Of a stretch of 64,000 bases of DNA, positions 50,473-59,502 are shown in pieces; position 1 is the stretch's first letter; each line of letters opens with the position of its first letter. This DNA comes from Halobacteroidaceae bacterium (GTDB taxonomy: Bacteria; Bacillota; Halanaerobiia; B1SED10-174): assembly GCA_003554585.1 (NCBI GenBank), contig PWGV01000093.1, positions 1,043 through 65,042 of the forward strand. The letters run 5' to 3'. A model generated the notes under the pieces. It did not search any database. It was not told where the DNA came from and saw only the letters and a program-made list of their open reading frames with translations. Position numbers and translations under genes: made by a program.

Positions 50473-51462
50473 ATGGGTAAAAGAAAATTTATTTTTCGGC
50501 GCCTTCTGCAAATGGTAGTAACTTTTTTGATAATCCTGACCGGGCTCTTTTTCGTTTTTCGCCTGACCCTACCTGACCCAACTGCTGCCCTGGTTATGGA
50601 AGGATTATCTGCAGAAGCCCAGGCCATGGTTCGAGCCCGTTTTGGCCTTGACCGGCCCCTGTGGCAACAGTATTTTATCTACCTGGGTAACTTTTTCCAG
50701 GGTGAATTCGGCATGTCCTTTCATTACCGATCGGCGATCGCCCCAATTGTCTGGGAAAAGCTTTTAAACACCCTGGTATTGATGTTCCCGGCAATAATTG
50801 TTTCCTACTCTATTGGTCCCCTGCTCGGGGTAATATTATCCTGGCGGAGAGGGACAAGAGTCGAATTCAGTGGTATTGTGGGGGGACTTTTTCTTCGTTC
50901 AGCTCCAGTTTTCTGGACGGGGATGATTTTCATTATGGTTTTTGGTATCTGGCTGGGAATTCTTCCAACCAGCGGAATGAGAACACTACCTTATGAAGCC
51001 GCTCATTTCTGGGATAAAATTTTCACTTTTGATTTCCTCTGGCATTTAATGCTGCCCGCTTTTACTATTGCCATCTACTACGTGGCATTACCAATGCTAA
51101 TCATGCGCAATACCATGCTGGAGGTAATGGGTGAGGATTTTATTGAATTATGCCAGGCCAAAGGTTTAAATGAACGAACAATAATGTATAAACACGCTGC
51201 CCGCAACGCCCTGCTGCCTGTTGTAACCCAGGCGGCTATCACCGTCGGCCTGGCTGTTGGAGGGCAGGTTGTGGTTGAAGTTGTCTTCTCCTGGCCCGGC
51301 CTGGGGCGGGAAATAATTCAGTCTGTAAGAACCAGTGACTTCCCTATGGCCCAGGCTTGCTTTATGTTAATGGCCGGAATGGTTATGGGAATGAATTTCC
51401 TGGCTGACCTGGTTTACGGCTACCTTGATCCCCGGGTTGTTTACCAGAAAGGGGGCAAATAA
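50473..51462 (+). CDS. ABC peptide transporter permease (DppB/OppB)
   Basis: FGLDRPLWQQY..GEFGMS, EDFIELCQAKGL EAA loop, HAARNALLP, EVVFSWPGLG, LDPRV. Confidence 0.95.
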   Translation: MGKRKFIFRRLLQMVVTFLIILTGLFFVFRLTLPDPTAALVMEGLSAEAQAMVRARFGLDRPLWQQYFIYLGNFFQGEFGMSFHYRSAIAPIVWEKLLNTLVLMFPAIIVSYSIGPLLGVILSWRRGTRVEFSGIVGGLFLRSAPVFWTGMIFIMVFGIWLGILPTSGMRTLPYEAAHFWDKIFTFDFLWHLMLPAFTIAIYYVALPMLIMRNTMLEVMGEDFIELCQAKGLNERTIMYKHAARNALLPVVTQAAITVGLAVGGQVVVEVVFSWPGLGREIIQSVRTSDFPMAQACFMLMAGMVMGMNFLADLVYGYLDPRVVYQKGGK

Positions 51463-51463
51463 T

Positions 51464-53227
51464 ATGAGCAAACAAAGCAGCCGCTGGAAACAATACCAGC
51501 CTTATTTTCAATCAATGAAGGCACCTTTTAAAGCAATCTGGGCCGATCCCCTGGGGCGACCGGGATCAATTTTATTTCTCCTGGTTCTCTTTGTGGCAAT
51601 TTTTGCTCCCCTCCTCGCAACCCACGACCCCCATGAAATGAACCAGCGTGTGGAAGGAACAGCTGCAACTTTTATTGAGGGGCAATGGGAAAGAATGCGG
51701 GTAATTGGTTACAAACCATTAACCGCAACTGCGGTCATCTCCCCGGGTGAAAGTTTTGCTGTCGGTAGGGAAGGAACCATTCTTCACTTCGATGGTAACC
51801 GGTGGAATGAAGAAGAATCGCCTGTAAATACCTCCCTGCTCTCAGTTGACTTCTTTTCTTCTGAGTTCGGTTTTGTTGTAGGAGAAAATGGGGTAATTAT
51901 CAAGTATGATGGCCTTTCCTGGGAACAGTTGGAGAGTCCCGTAGAGATAGCACTTAATGGGGTTGCAGTCCCAGCCCCTGACAAAGCGATCGCCGTTGGC
52001 GAAGACGGAACAATTCTCAGCTGGGACGGAAACTCCTGGAGCATTCTTGATAACCCTGCCACCCGAGATTTAATGGCCATTAATATGGTCAACCCCAATT
52101 CGGGAGTAATCGTGGGAGACAGGGGAACCATCCTTCATTACCAGGATGGAGAATTTGTTAATCCCTCTTACCGGACTTTTATGGATGGGACCTTCCGCAG
52201 GTTAAATGCCGTTGCCCTTTCCGAGGAGGGCTTTGGTTTTGCCACCGGAGAAAGGGGTGAAATCCTCGGATTTGATGGGGAAGACTGGTATAACATGACC
52301 AGTCCTGAAAGTCGGGAGCTAACAGCAGTAGGAATTGTTGGTCCCGAAGAAGCTTATATCCTTGGGATTCGCGGAATCATTCTTAAATTTGACGGTGAAA
52401 ACTGGACAAGGCTCGGTCTGGGTTACCACCGCAGTTTTCGCGGGCTGGATATTGAGGACGGTTACGGTTTTGGAGTTGGGACTGATCCCTATATCAACGA
52501 ATTATCCCCTCCCACCTGGGAGCACCTTTTTGGAACCACCCACCTGGGAAGGGATATCTGGAGCCAGGTAATGTACGGTTCGCGGACTGCGCTAATTGTG
52601 GGAATCGTCACCGCCCTTATTGTTAATATTATCGGGGTGGTTATTGGCTTAACCTCGGGTTATTTCCGGGGGCGGGTTGATAATATCCTGATGCGCATAG
52701 TTGACATTATGTACGGTCTTCCGCTGGAACCCTTTGCCATTATCCTGGTTTTAATTTTCCGGCCCAGCCTTTGGATTATTATCCTGGCAATTGGGCTTTT
52801 AACCTGGAGAACAAATGCCCGGATTATTCGCTCCCAGGTCCTTTCCCTGGTTGAGCGCCCCTTTATTAAAGCTGCCCGGGTAGCCGGAGCAAGTAATTTA
52901 CGAATAATTCTGGTTCACATCGCCCCCAATGTCCTTCCCCTTGCCTTTTTGCAGCTCGCCGTAGCAATTGGCTATGCAATAACAGCAGAAGCGACCCTTA
53001 GTTTCCTGGGCCTTGGCCCACCAAGGTTATACAGCTGGGGCACAATACTGCACGCTGCCCGTCTGTCGGGGGCCTGGCGAACCGCCTGGTGGTGGGTAAT
53101 CCCCCCCGGTATATTCATAAGTTTGACAGTGGTATCAGTATTCCTGATTTCCAGATCACTTGAAGTTCTTACTAATCCACGCCTGAGAGGAGGTAGTACC
53201 CGTGCTCCTAGAAGTAAAAAATCTTAA
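51464..53227 (+). CDS. ABC peptide transporter permease (DppC/OppC) with inserted beta-propeller
   Basis: TM1-HDP, then ~39-aa repeats (AVG..G.IL.FDG..W), then PPTWEHLFGTTHLGRDI..RPFIKAARVAGAS..HIAPN..LSFLGLG. Confidence 0.93.
   Translation: MSKQSSRWKQYQPYFQSMKAPFKAIWADPLGRPGSILFLLVLFVAIFAPLLATHDPHEMNQRVEGTAATFIEGQWERMRVIGYKPLTATAVISPGESFAVGREGTILHFDGNRWNEEESPVNTSLLSVDFFSSEFGFVVGENGVIIKYDGLSWEQLESPVEIALNGVAVPAPDKAIAVGEDGTILSWDGNSWSILDNPATRDLMAINMVNPNSGVIVGDRGTILHYQDGEFVNPSYRTFMDGTFRRLNAVALSEEGFGFATGERGEILGFDGEDWYNMTSPESRELTAVGIVGPEEAYILGIRGIILKFDGENWTRLGLGYHRSFRGLDIEDGYGFGVGTDPYINELSPPTWEHLFGTTHLGRDIWSQVMYGSRTALIVGIVTALIVNIIGVVIGLTSGYFRGRVDNILMRIVDIMYGLPLEPFAIILVLIFRPSLWIIILAIGLLTWRTNARIIRSQVLSLVERPFIKAARVAGASNLRIILVHIAPNVLPLAFLQLAVAIGYAITAEATLSFLGLGPPRLYSWGTILHAARLSGAWRTAWWWVIPPGIFISLTVVSVFLISRSLEVLTNPRLRGGSTRAPRSKKS
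51653..52486 (+). repeat. protein-level repeat array: six full and one split ~39-aa beta-propeller blades
   Basis: AVGREGTILHFDGNRW, VVGENGVIIKYDGLSW, AVGEDGTILSWDGNSW, IVGDRGTILHYQDGEF, ATGERGEILGFDGEDW, ILGIRGIILKFDGENW. Confidence 0.9.
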
Positions 53228-55463
53228 AACCTACTACCAAGTGGATGATATTGTAGTCAAGGCACTGGATGGAGTTTCTTTTAAACTGAAAAAAGGAGAT
53301 AACCTGGGGCTTGTTGGGGAAAGTGGCTGTGGAAAAACAACTGCCGCCAAATCAATCAACAGGATCCTACCTCCCAACGGGGGAATTGTTGACGGCCAGG
53401 TTATTTTCAAAGGCAAGGACCTGGTCCCCCTCAATAATAATCAGATGAACAAGGTTCGCTGGAAAGAAATTTCCATGGTTACCCAGAGTGCCATGAACGC
53501 CCTGGACCCGGTTTATAAGATCGGGGACCAGATTACTGAAGCTATCCATACGCACGAAAATATGAGTAATAAAGAAGCTTTAAAGCGGGCCAAAGAGTTA
53601 TTTGGGATGGTTGGACTGGAGAAAAAGCGTCTCAGGGATTTCCCCCATCAGCTATCGGGGGGAATGAAACAGCGGGTTGTAATCGCAATGGCTCTTGCTC
53701 TTAGCCCGGACCTGGTAATCGCCGATGAGCCAACAACCGCCCTGGATGTGGTTGTCCAGGATGGGATTTTAAAACAATTTATTGATCTGCAGAGCCAGAT
53801 CCAGTCTTCAATAATCCTCGTTACCCACGATATCTCGGTTGTGGCTGAAATCTGTCAGCGGGTTGCAGTTATGTACGCGGGAAAAATAATGGAACAGGGC
53901 ACAACCAGGGAAATTTTCAAAGATTCCTTCCACCCATATACCCTGGGCTTACTGAACGCCTACCCCACCCTCGAAGCTGCCAAAGGCGATATTATCTCCA
54001 TTCCCGGATCTCCCCCGGACCTGGCAACAGATATTACCGGCTGTCGGTTCCGGGAACGCTGTCCCTTCAGTACAGAAAAATGCAGGGAAGAACCTGATCC
54101 TGTTGAAGTTGCTCCAGGTCACGAAGTTCTCTGCCACTACCCGGAAAAAGTCGAAACCTTCCGGAAAGAGTCTACCAAGACTTCAACCTGGCAGGGAGAA
54201 ACACCTCCACCGAGCAAAAAAGGAACTGTTGGAGAAAAAAATGCGCTCGAAATTCAGGGTTTGAAAAAATATTTCCCCATCAAACAAAGTTTCTTCGGAG
54301 GCAAAAAAACAATTCTGAGGGCTGTTGACGGTGTAGACTTTACTGTAAAAGAAAGAGAAATCGTAGGCCTGGCTGGAGAAAGCGGCTCAGGAAAGAGTAC
54401 TATCGGTGAACTCCTTGCCAACCTGCAAAACACCACGGACGGGAAAATTCTCTACCTGGGCAAGGAAACTGAATTGCAAAAGAAAAAACACGATAAGGCT
54501 TTTCGGCGCAATTTCCAGGTTGTTTTCCAGGATCCTTATGAAACTCTTAATCCTCGTTTTACTGTATTAAATACAATCATGGAACCTCTTGTGATTCATA
54601 AAATCGGCAAGGATTATGAAGACCGGCTGGAAAGGGTTAAGAAAGCCCTACAATTAGCCGAGCTTTCCCCTCCTGAAAACTTCCTTTCCCGTTTCCCCCA
54701 TCAGCTCTCTGGAGGGCAAAGGCAAAGAGTGGCATTAGCCCGAGCTATTGTCCTTGAACCCAAATTCATAATAGCTGACGAACCAGTTTCCATGCTTGAC
54801 GTTTCCATTCGGGCCGGAATTTTAAACCTGCTAAAACGCATGCGAGATGAACTCGGAGCTTCCCTTATTTACATTTCACACGACCTGGCCACAATCCGTT
54901 ATATCTGCAATAGAACTGCTATTCTTTACCTCGGCCGGATTATGGAAATTGGTGAAACGGAAAAAGTAATCGCCCAGGCTGCACACCCTTATACCCAGAT
55001 GCTTTTAGCCGCTGTTCCCATACCTGACCCGGATACAAACCGGGAACGGGTTGATCCCCGGGGAGAAATCCCCGATCCCATTGACATGCCCAATGGTTGC
55101 CGTTTTCACCCCCGCTGCCCCAAAGCTTTTGCCCGCTGTGGCTGGGAAGGTAAAGACGTCCGTAATCTCCTGGAAAATCCTGAGTTTGAAGATCTGGCAA
55201 AACCTTTTGCCGATGAAATCTCGGGTTACGAAATTGAAGGGCTGGACCTCATTGTCAAAATGCAGTGGAAAGGGGAAACTCGCTGGGAAGAATTGAAAAA
55301 AACCCTGGAAAAAATCATGAATAATAATAATTCAACTATGCTGGAAACTATGACAGAAATGAAGGTTGAAGATACTGGGTTGCGTATTTCTTTCCCTCCC
55401 AAAGAAGACCCCCAGATTAAAAACATCGATTCTGATCATGATGTTGCCTGTTATCTTTTCTAA
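53202..55463 (+). CDS. fused DppD-DppF ABC ATPase with two Cys-rich C-terminal domains
   Basis: GESGCGKT/LSGGMKQR/DEPT and GESGSGKST/LSGGQRQR/DEPV; CRF..RCP..C..C motif after each NBD. Confidence 0.95.
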   Translation: MLLEVKNLKTYYQVDDIVVKALDGVSFKLKKGDNLGLVGESGCGKTTAAKSINRILPPNGGIVDGQVIFKGKDLVPLNNNQMNKVRWKEISMVTQSAMNALDPVYKIGDQITEAIHTHENMSNKEALKRAKELFGMVGLEKKRLRDFPHQLSGGMKQRVVIAMALALSPDLVIADEPTTALDVVVQDGILKQFIDLQSQIQSSIILVTHDISVVAEICQRVAVMYAGKIMEQGTTREIFKDSFHPYTLGLLNAYPTLEAAKGDIISIPGSPPDLATDITGCRFRERCPFSTEKCREEPDPVEVAPGHEVLCHYPEKVETFRKESTKTSTWQGETPPPSKKGTVGEKNALEIQGLKKYFPIKQSFFGGKKTILRAVDGVDFTVKEREIVGLAGESGSGKSTIGELLANLQNTTDGKILYLGKETELQKKKHDKAFRRNFQVVFQDPYETLNPRFTVLNTIMEPLVIHKIGKDYEDRLERVKKALQLAELSPPENFLSRFPHQLSGGQRQRVALARAIVLEPKFIIADEPVSMLDVSIRAGILNLLKRMRDELGASLIYISHDLATIRYICNRTAILYLGRIMEIGETEKVIAQAAHPYTQMLLAAVPIPDPDTNRERVDPRGEIPDPIDMPNGCRFHPRCPKAFARCGWEGKDVRNLLENPEFEDLAKPFADEISGYEIEGLDLIVKMQWKGETRWEELKKTLEKIMNNNNSTMLETMTEMKVEDTGLRISFPPKEDPQIKNIDSDHDVACYLF

Positions 55464-55471
55464 TAATCAAT

Positions 55472-55500
55472 AAAGGCGGCCTTTCGGCCGCCTTTTTCTT
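55472..55500. terminator. bidirectional terminator between the ABC operon and spo0A
   Basis: AAAGGCGGCC-TTTC-GGCCGCCTTTTT between convergent genes. Confidence 0.88.
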
Positions 55501-55501
55501 T

Positions 55502-56284
55502 TTAACCGGCTTGGGTTTCTAGCCGCAGTTTGTCTGCTATTTTGGCAATAAATTGAGAATTTGTTGGTTTCCCTGATTTTTCCTCAACGGAATTCCCAAA
55601 GATGCTTTTCATTTCTGCAAAATTCCCCCGCTCCCAGGAAACCTCAATTGCGTGCCTGATAGCCCTCTCTACCCGGGAAGGGGTAGTATTATATTTTTTG
55701 GCTACGGTGGGGTATAATTCTTTTGTTACAGCACCAATTAATGCAATTTCTTCAATTACCATTGTAATGGCATCCCGTAGGTACAGGTATCCCTTTATAT
55801 GAGCAGGAACACCAAGTTGATGCATAATATTGGTTACCCTTACTTCAAGATTATTACTGCTTTTTTTAAATCCGGTTTTTTTGAAATTTGTTTTTTGGGG
55901 GCTGGAATCCTTTAACTGCCTGATCCTTTTGCCCACTATCTCCAGGTCAAAAGGCTTTAAAATATAGTAATCAGCACCCAATTCCACAAACCGCTGGATA
56001 ACGTCCTGGTGTCCAAATGAAGTAAGCATAATTACCTTTAAGTCAGGGTCTCGGCCTTTTTCATTCAATTCTTCCAGGACTCCAATGCCATCGAGATAAG
56101 GCATAATAATGTCAAGGAGTAAAACATCAGGAGGATTCCTTTCCATTAATTCCAAGCATTTAGCACCATCATAAGCAACACCTATCAGTTCTAAATCGTC
56201 CTGTTGGGAAAAAAATTCCTCGACCATTTCGCAAAAATCCAGGTTGTCATCGGCAAGTAAAACCTTAATTTTTTCTTGAATCAT
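55502..56284 (-). CDS. spo0A: response regulator Spo0A
   Basis: Receiver [11 protein letters not shown] plus output [42 protein letters not shown]. Confidence 0.98.
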   Translation of the reverse strand: MIQEKIKVLLADDNLDFCEMVEEFFSQQDDLELIGVAYDGAKCLELMERNPPDVLLLDIIMPYLDGIGVLEELNEKGRDPDLKVIMLTSFGHQDVIQRFVELGADYYILKPFDLEIVGKRIRQLKDSSPQKTNFKKTGFKKSSNNLEVRVTNIMHQLGVPAHIKGYLYLRDAITMVIEEIALIGAVTKELYPTVAKKYNTTPSRVERAIRHAIEVSWERGNFAEMKSIFGNSVEEKSGKPTNSQFIAKIADKLRLETQAG

Positions 56285-56321
56285 CTATGATAACCACCTC
56301 CATTTTTTGATCAATTAGGAT

Positions 56322-56348
56322 TTTCTATATTTTATAACAATTTCCTTT
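56322..56348 (-). promoter_or_regulatory. sigmaH-like promoter for spo0A
   Basis: AAAGGAAAT-11bp-ATAGAAA. Confidence 0.55.
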
Positions 56349-56377
56349 TTTCTGGAAAAATTTTTTTAATTTTTCTA

Positions 56378-56408
56378 AAAAACAAAGGGCACCCGCCAGG
56401 ATGCCCTT
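56378..56408 (-). terminator. terminator after recN
   Basis: AAGGGCATCC..GGGTGCCCTTTGTTTTT. Confidence 0.75.
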
Positions 56409-56427
56409 AAATTTAACAAATTTTATT

Positions 56428-58155
56428 TCATTGGCTCCCCTTCTTCGCCTGAGCCTTTTCCAGCATTTCCCGGGCATGGGATATTGCTGTTTCGGATTGC
56501 TCCCCCTCCAGCATCCTGGCAAGTTCCTGGGTTCGATCTTTTGATTGCAGTTCAAGAACCCTGGTTCTAGTCACTCCATCTTTAATTTCCTTGTCAATGA
56601 AAAGATGTTTATCGGCCATACTTGCAATGTGGGGCAGATGAGTTATTGTTATCACCTGGCGCCTGGCACTTATCTGGTCCAATTTTTCGGCAACTTTTTG
56701 CGCGGTTTTTCCCCCGATACCGCTATCAATCTCATCAAAAATCATCGTGGGAACCTGTTCCTGGTCGGCAGTTAAGGCTTTCAAAGCAAGCATCAGGCGG
56801 GATATTTCTCCCCCTGAAGCAATCTTTGTCAGGGGCTTTAAATCTTCTCCCGGGTTCGGAGAAAGCATAAAATCTATTTGATCAATTCCATGCTCGGAAA
56901 AAGCAATTTTTCCACCTTCTGGCCCAATACCATTATTATCCGGGATCCTTTTGAAATTTACTCGGAAGCGGGTTTGAGGCATTGCAAGGCCCTTCAGTTC
57001 ATTGACCAGAAGTTCAGCCATTTTTTTTGCAGCCTCTTTTCTTTTTTGGGAGAGCTGCTGGGCAAGCTCCAGGTACTCAGTTTCCCCCGATTCAATCTTT
57101 TTTTCCAGTTCTTCGGTTTTTTCCTGACTTCCCTTGAGGGTTTTATATTCTTCTTTCGCTTTTTCCAAAAATTCAATAACCTCCGCAAAGGAAGGTCCGT
57201 ATTTTCTTTTCAAATCATTTATTCCGCCAATTCTATTTTCAACTTCCCGCAAACGGGCCTCATCAAAGACGATACCATCAGCATAGCTCCTGATTTCCCG
57301 GGCAAGTTCCTGCAACTGATAATAGGAGCTGCTCAGGAGTTCTTTCGCATTTTCCAGTTGGGCATCAATTTCCTTTAATTCTTTCAGTTCTCTATGGAGA
57401 TAACCCAGCTGATCATTTATTCCCGTTTCCACCTCTTCCCCACTTAAACTCGAAAAAATTTCCTGGCATTTGGTATATAATAATTCCACATTGGTCAAAA
57501 TTCTGTGTTCCTGGTTTAGCTGTTCTTCTTCTCCGGGTTCGAGGTTTGCGTCTTCCAGTTCTTTGATTTGGAATTCCAGCAATTCCAGGCGCTGTTGTCT
57601 TTCTCTTTCCGAACGCCGTAACCTTTTTAATTCTTCCCTTGCCTTTTGCAGTTTTTTGTAGCCCTCTTCAACCTCGATTTTTACAGCTTTAAATTCTCTT
57701 CCCCCAAAGTGATCCAGAAATTCCCGTTGACTATCTTCGGAAAACAGGGATTGATGCTCGTGCTGACCGTGAATATCAATTAGAAAGGGGGAAATTTGCT
57801 TTATCAGTCCCAGGGTTGCAATTTGGCCATTGATCCTAACCCGGTTATTGCCCGAACGAGAAATCTCCCGGCTTAAAAGCAGGTTGTCTTCTTCATCTTC
57901 AATACCCAGCTCCCTGAGCTTTTCTTTTAAATTCGGAAGATCTTTAACTTCGAAAAGGGCCCGGATTTCTGCTTTTTCCGCGCCCGTTCGTATGAAATCC
58001 AGGGAAGCCCTTGCTCCCAGTAAAAGTTCCAAAGCACCGATTAAAATCGATTTTCCTGCGCCGGTCTCACCTGTCAAAATATTGAGACCGGGGGAAAATG
58101 CAATATCCTGCCTTTCAATCAGGACAAAATTATTTATCCCCAGTTCAACCAGCAC
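56428..58155 (-). CDS. recN: DNA repair protein RecN
   Basis: TGETGAGKS, DIHGQHEHQ, ASGGEISR, FDEIDSGIGG, ITHLP. Confidence 0.97.
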   Translation of the reverse strand: MLVELGINNFVLIERQDIAFSPGLNILTGETGAGKSILIGALELLLGARASLDFIRTGAEKAEIRALFEVKDLPNLKEKLRELGIEDEEDNLLLSREISRSGNNRVRINGQIATLGLIKQISPFLIDIHGQHEHQSLFSEDSQREFLDHFGGREFKAVKIEVEEGYKKLQKAREELKRLRRSERERQQRLELLEFQIKELEDANLEPGEEEQLNQEHRILTNVELLYTKCQEIFSSLSGEEVETGINDQLGYLHRELKELKEIDAQLENAKELLSSSYYQLQELAREIRSYADGIVFDEARLREVENRIGGINDLKRKYGPSFAEVIEFLEKAKEEYKTLKGSQEKTEELEKKIESGETEYLELAQQLSQKRKEAAKKMAELLVNELKGLAMPQTRFRVNFKRIPDNNGIGPEGGKIAFSEHGIDQIDFMLSPNPGEDLKPLTKIASGGEISRLMLALKALTADQEQVPTMIFDEIDSGIGGKTAQKVAEKLDQISARRQVITITHLPHIASMADKHLFIDKEIKDGVTRTRVLELQSKDRTQELARMLEGEQSETAISHAREMLEKAQAKKGSQ

Positions 58156-58169
58156 TTTAAATAAACCCC

Positions 58170-58628
58170 CTATTCAATTCCCACCAGTTCTCGCAGACGA
58201 TGTAAAACTTCCTCTTTATTACATTTCTCCTCCAGGGCAACAAAAATACAGTCATCTCCAGCCACACAACCCATTACTTCTTTCCACTCCAGGTTATCAA
58301 TTGCAGAAGCAAGTCCTCCGGCAGTCCCGGAAAGGGTTTTTACCACAATCATGTTCCCGGTTAACTCTACACTCAAGACAAAATTTTTGAACATTTTTTC
58401 TATCCAGCGGGCCATTTTGTATTTGTCTGCCTCGGGTGGCATGGCATATTTATAGCTTCCATCTTCAACTGGAACCTTGATCAAACCCAGATCTTTTATG
58501 TCCCTGGAAACAGTTGCCTGAGTAACCTCAATCCCTTCCTCCTGCAGAACTTTGGCCAGTTCTTCCTGGGTTTTAATCCGCTCATTTTTTATAATGTTAA
58601 TTATCTTAAGATGCCTTTTCCCTTTCAT
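58170..58628 (-). CDS. argR: arginine repressor
   Basis: TQEEL..VTQATVSRDIK, KTLSG.A, GCVAGDD. Confidence 0.95.
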   Translation of the reverse strand: MKGKRHLKIINIIKNERIKTQEELAKVLQEEGIEVTQATVSRDIKDLGLIKVPVEDGSYKYAMPPEADKYKMARWIEKMFKNFVLSVELTGNMIVVKTLSGTAGGLASAIDNLEWKEVMGCVAGDDCIFVALEEKCNKEEVLHRLRELVGIE

Positions 58629-59491
58629 GCTTTACCCCCTATCCCTTTGTAGTTTAAGCGTTTTTGTAAAATCTGATAAAAATCTTTCTCCGAAAAACGA
58701 ACCAGGAGAGTTTTCTCTTCCGCTGCGGCTATTTTGACAACATCATCTTTTACCAAACGAAGCCCCTCCTGGCCGTCGACTGTTAACATAACCCGTCTAT
58801 CTGCTCTCCTCACCTTGATTTCAATTTGCTCTTCCTTCCGGACCACCAGTGGTCGAGCATGTAATGAATGGGGGCAAATCGGAGTAACAATGAAAGCTTC
58901 AACCATGGGATGGATAATAGGTCCTCCTGCACTCAGGGAATAAGCAGTTGAGCCAGTTGGAGTTGAAACAATTAATCCGTCTCCAGGAAAGGTACTGATG
59001 TAAATCTGTTGCAGATAAAGATCAAGTTCAATTATCCGGGCGAAGGCCCCCTTGCTAATAACAATATCATTTAAACCCAAAACACGAGCAATTTCAAGGC
59101 CCCTGCGGCAAACCCAGCCTTCAACCATCGCTCTTTCCTCAACCCGGTATTTTTTTTCCAGAATATTATCCAGGACTAAATCCAAATCCTCAGCTTCCAT
59201 TTCTGTTAAAAAACCCAAACGCCCCAGGTTAAAACCCAAAATGGGAATATTGGATCCGGCGAAAAACCTGGCCGTATGCAGAAATGTCCCATCTCCTCCC
59301 AGAATGAGCAGGAGTTCTGCCTCTTTGCGAAGCTGTCTTCGGGACATTGCTGTCCCCTTTCCCTGCAGGCCAGGGGCATCCTCCTGGGAAATATAAACCG
59401 GCAAATCCCGGCCCTTCATTTTTTCGATTAGAGCTTCGGCAACCTGCGCGGCCTTTTTTTTCTCTTCATTTACAATCAATCCAATTTTCAA
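58625..59491 (-). CDS. nadK: NAD kinase
   Basis: LGGDGTFL, NLGRLGFL, LNDIV, DGLIVSTPTGSTAYSLSAGGP. Confidence 0.96.
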   Translation of the reverse strand: MKIGLIVNEEKKKAAQVAEALIEKMKGRDLPVYISQEDAPGLQGKGTAMSRRQLRKEAELLLILGGDGTFLHTARFFAGSNIPILGFNLGRLGFLTEMEAEDLDLVLDNILEKKYRVEERAMVEGWVCRRGLEIARVLGLNDIVISKGAFARIIELDLYLQQIYISTFPGDGLIVSTPTGSTAYSLSAGGPIIHPMVEAFIVTPICPHSLHARPLVVRKEEQIEIKVRRADRRVMLTVDGQEGLRLVKDDVVKIAAAEEKTLLVRFSEKDFYQILQKRLNYKGIGGKA

Positions 59492-59502
59492 GACCAACAC
59501 CT

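Noticed and set aside
51653-52486. CRISPR-like or DNA tandem repeat
   Set aside because: The periodicity exists only at protein level; the DNA copies are highly diverged and in frame.
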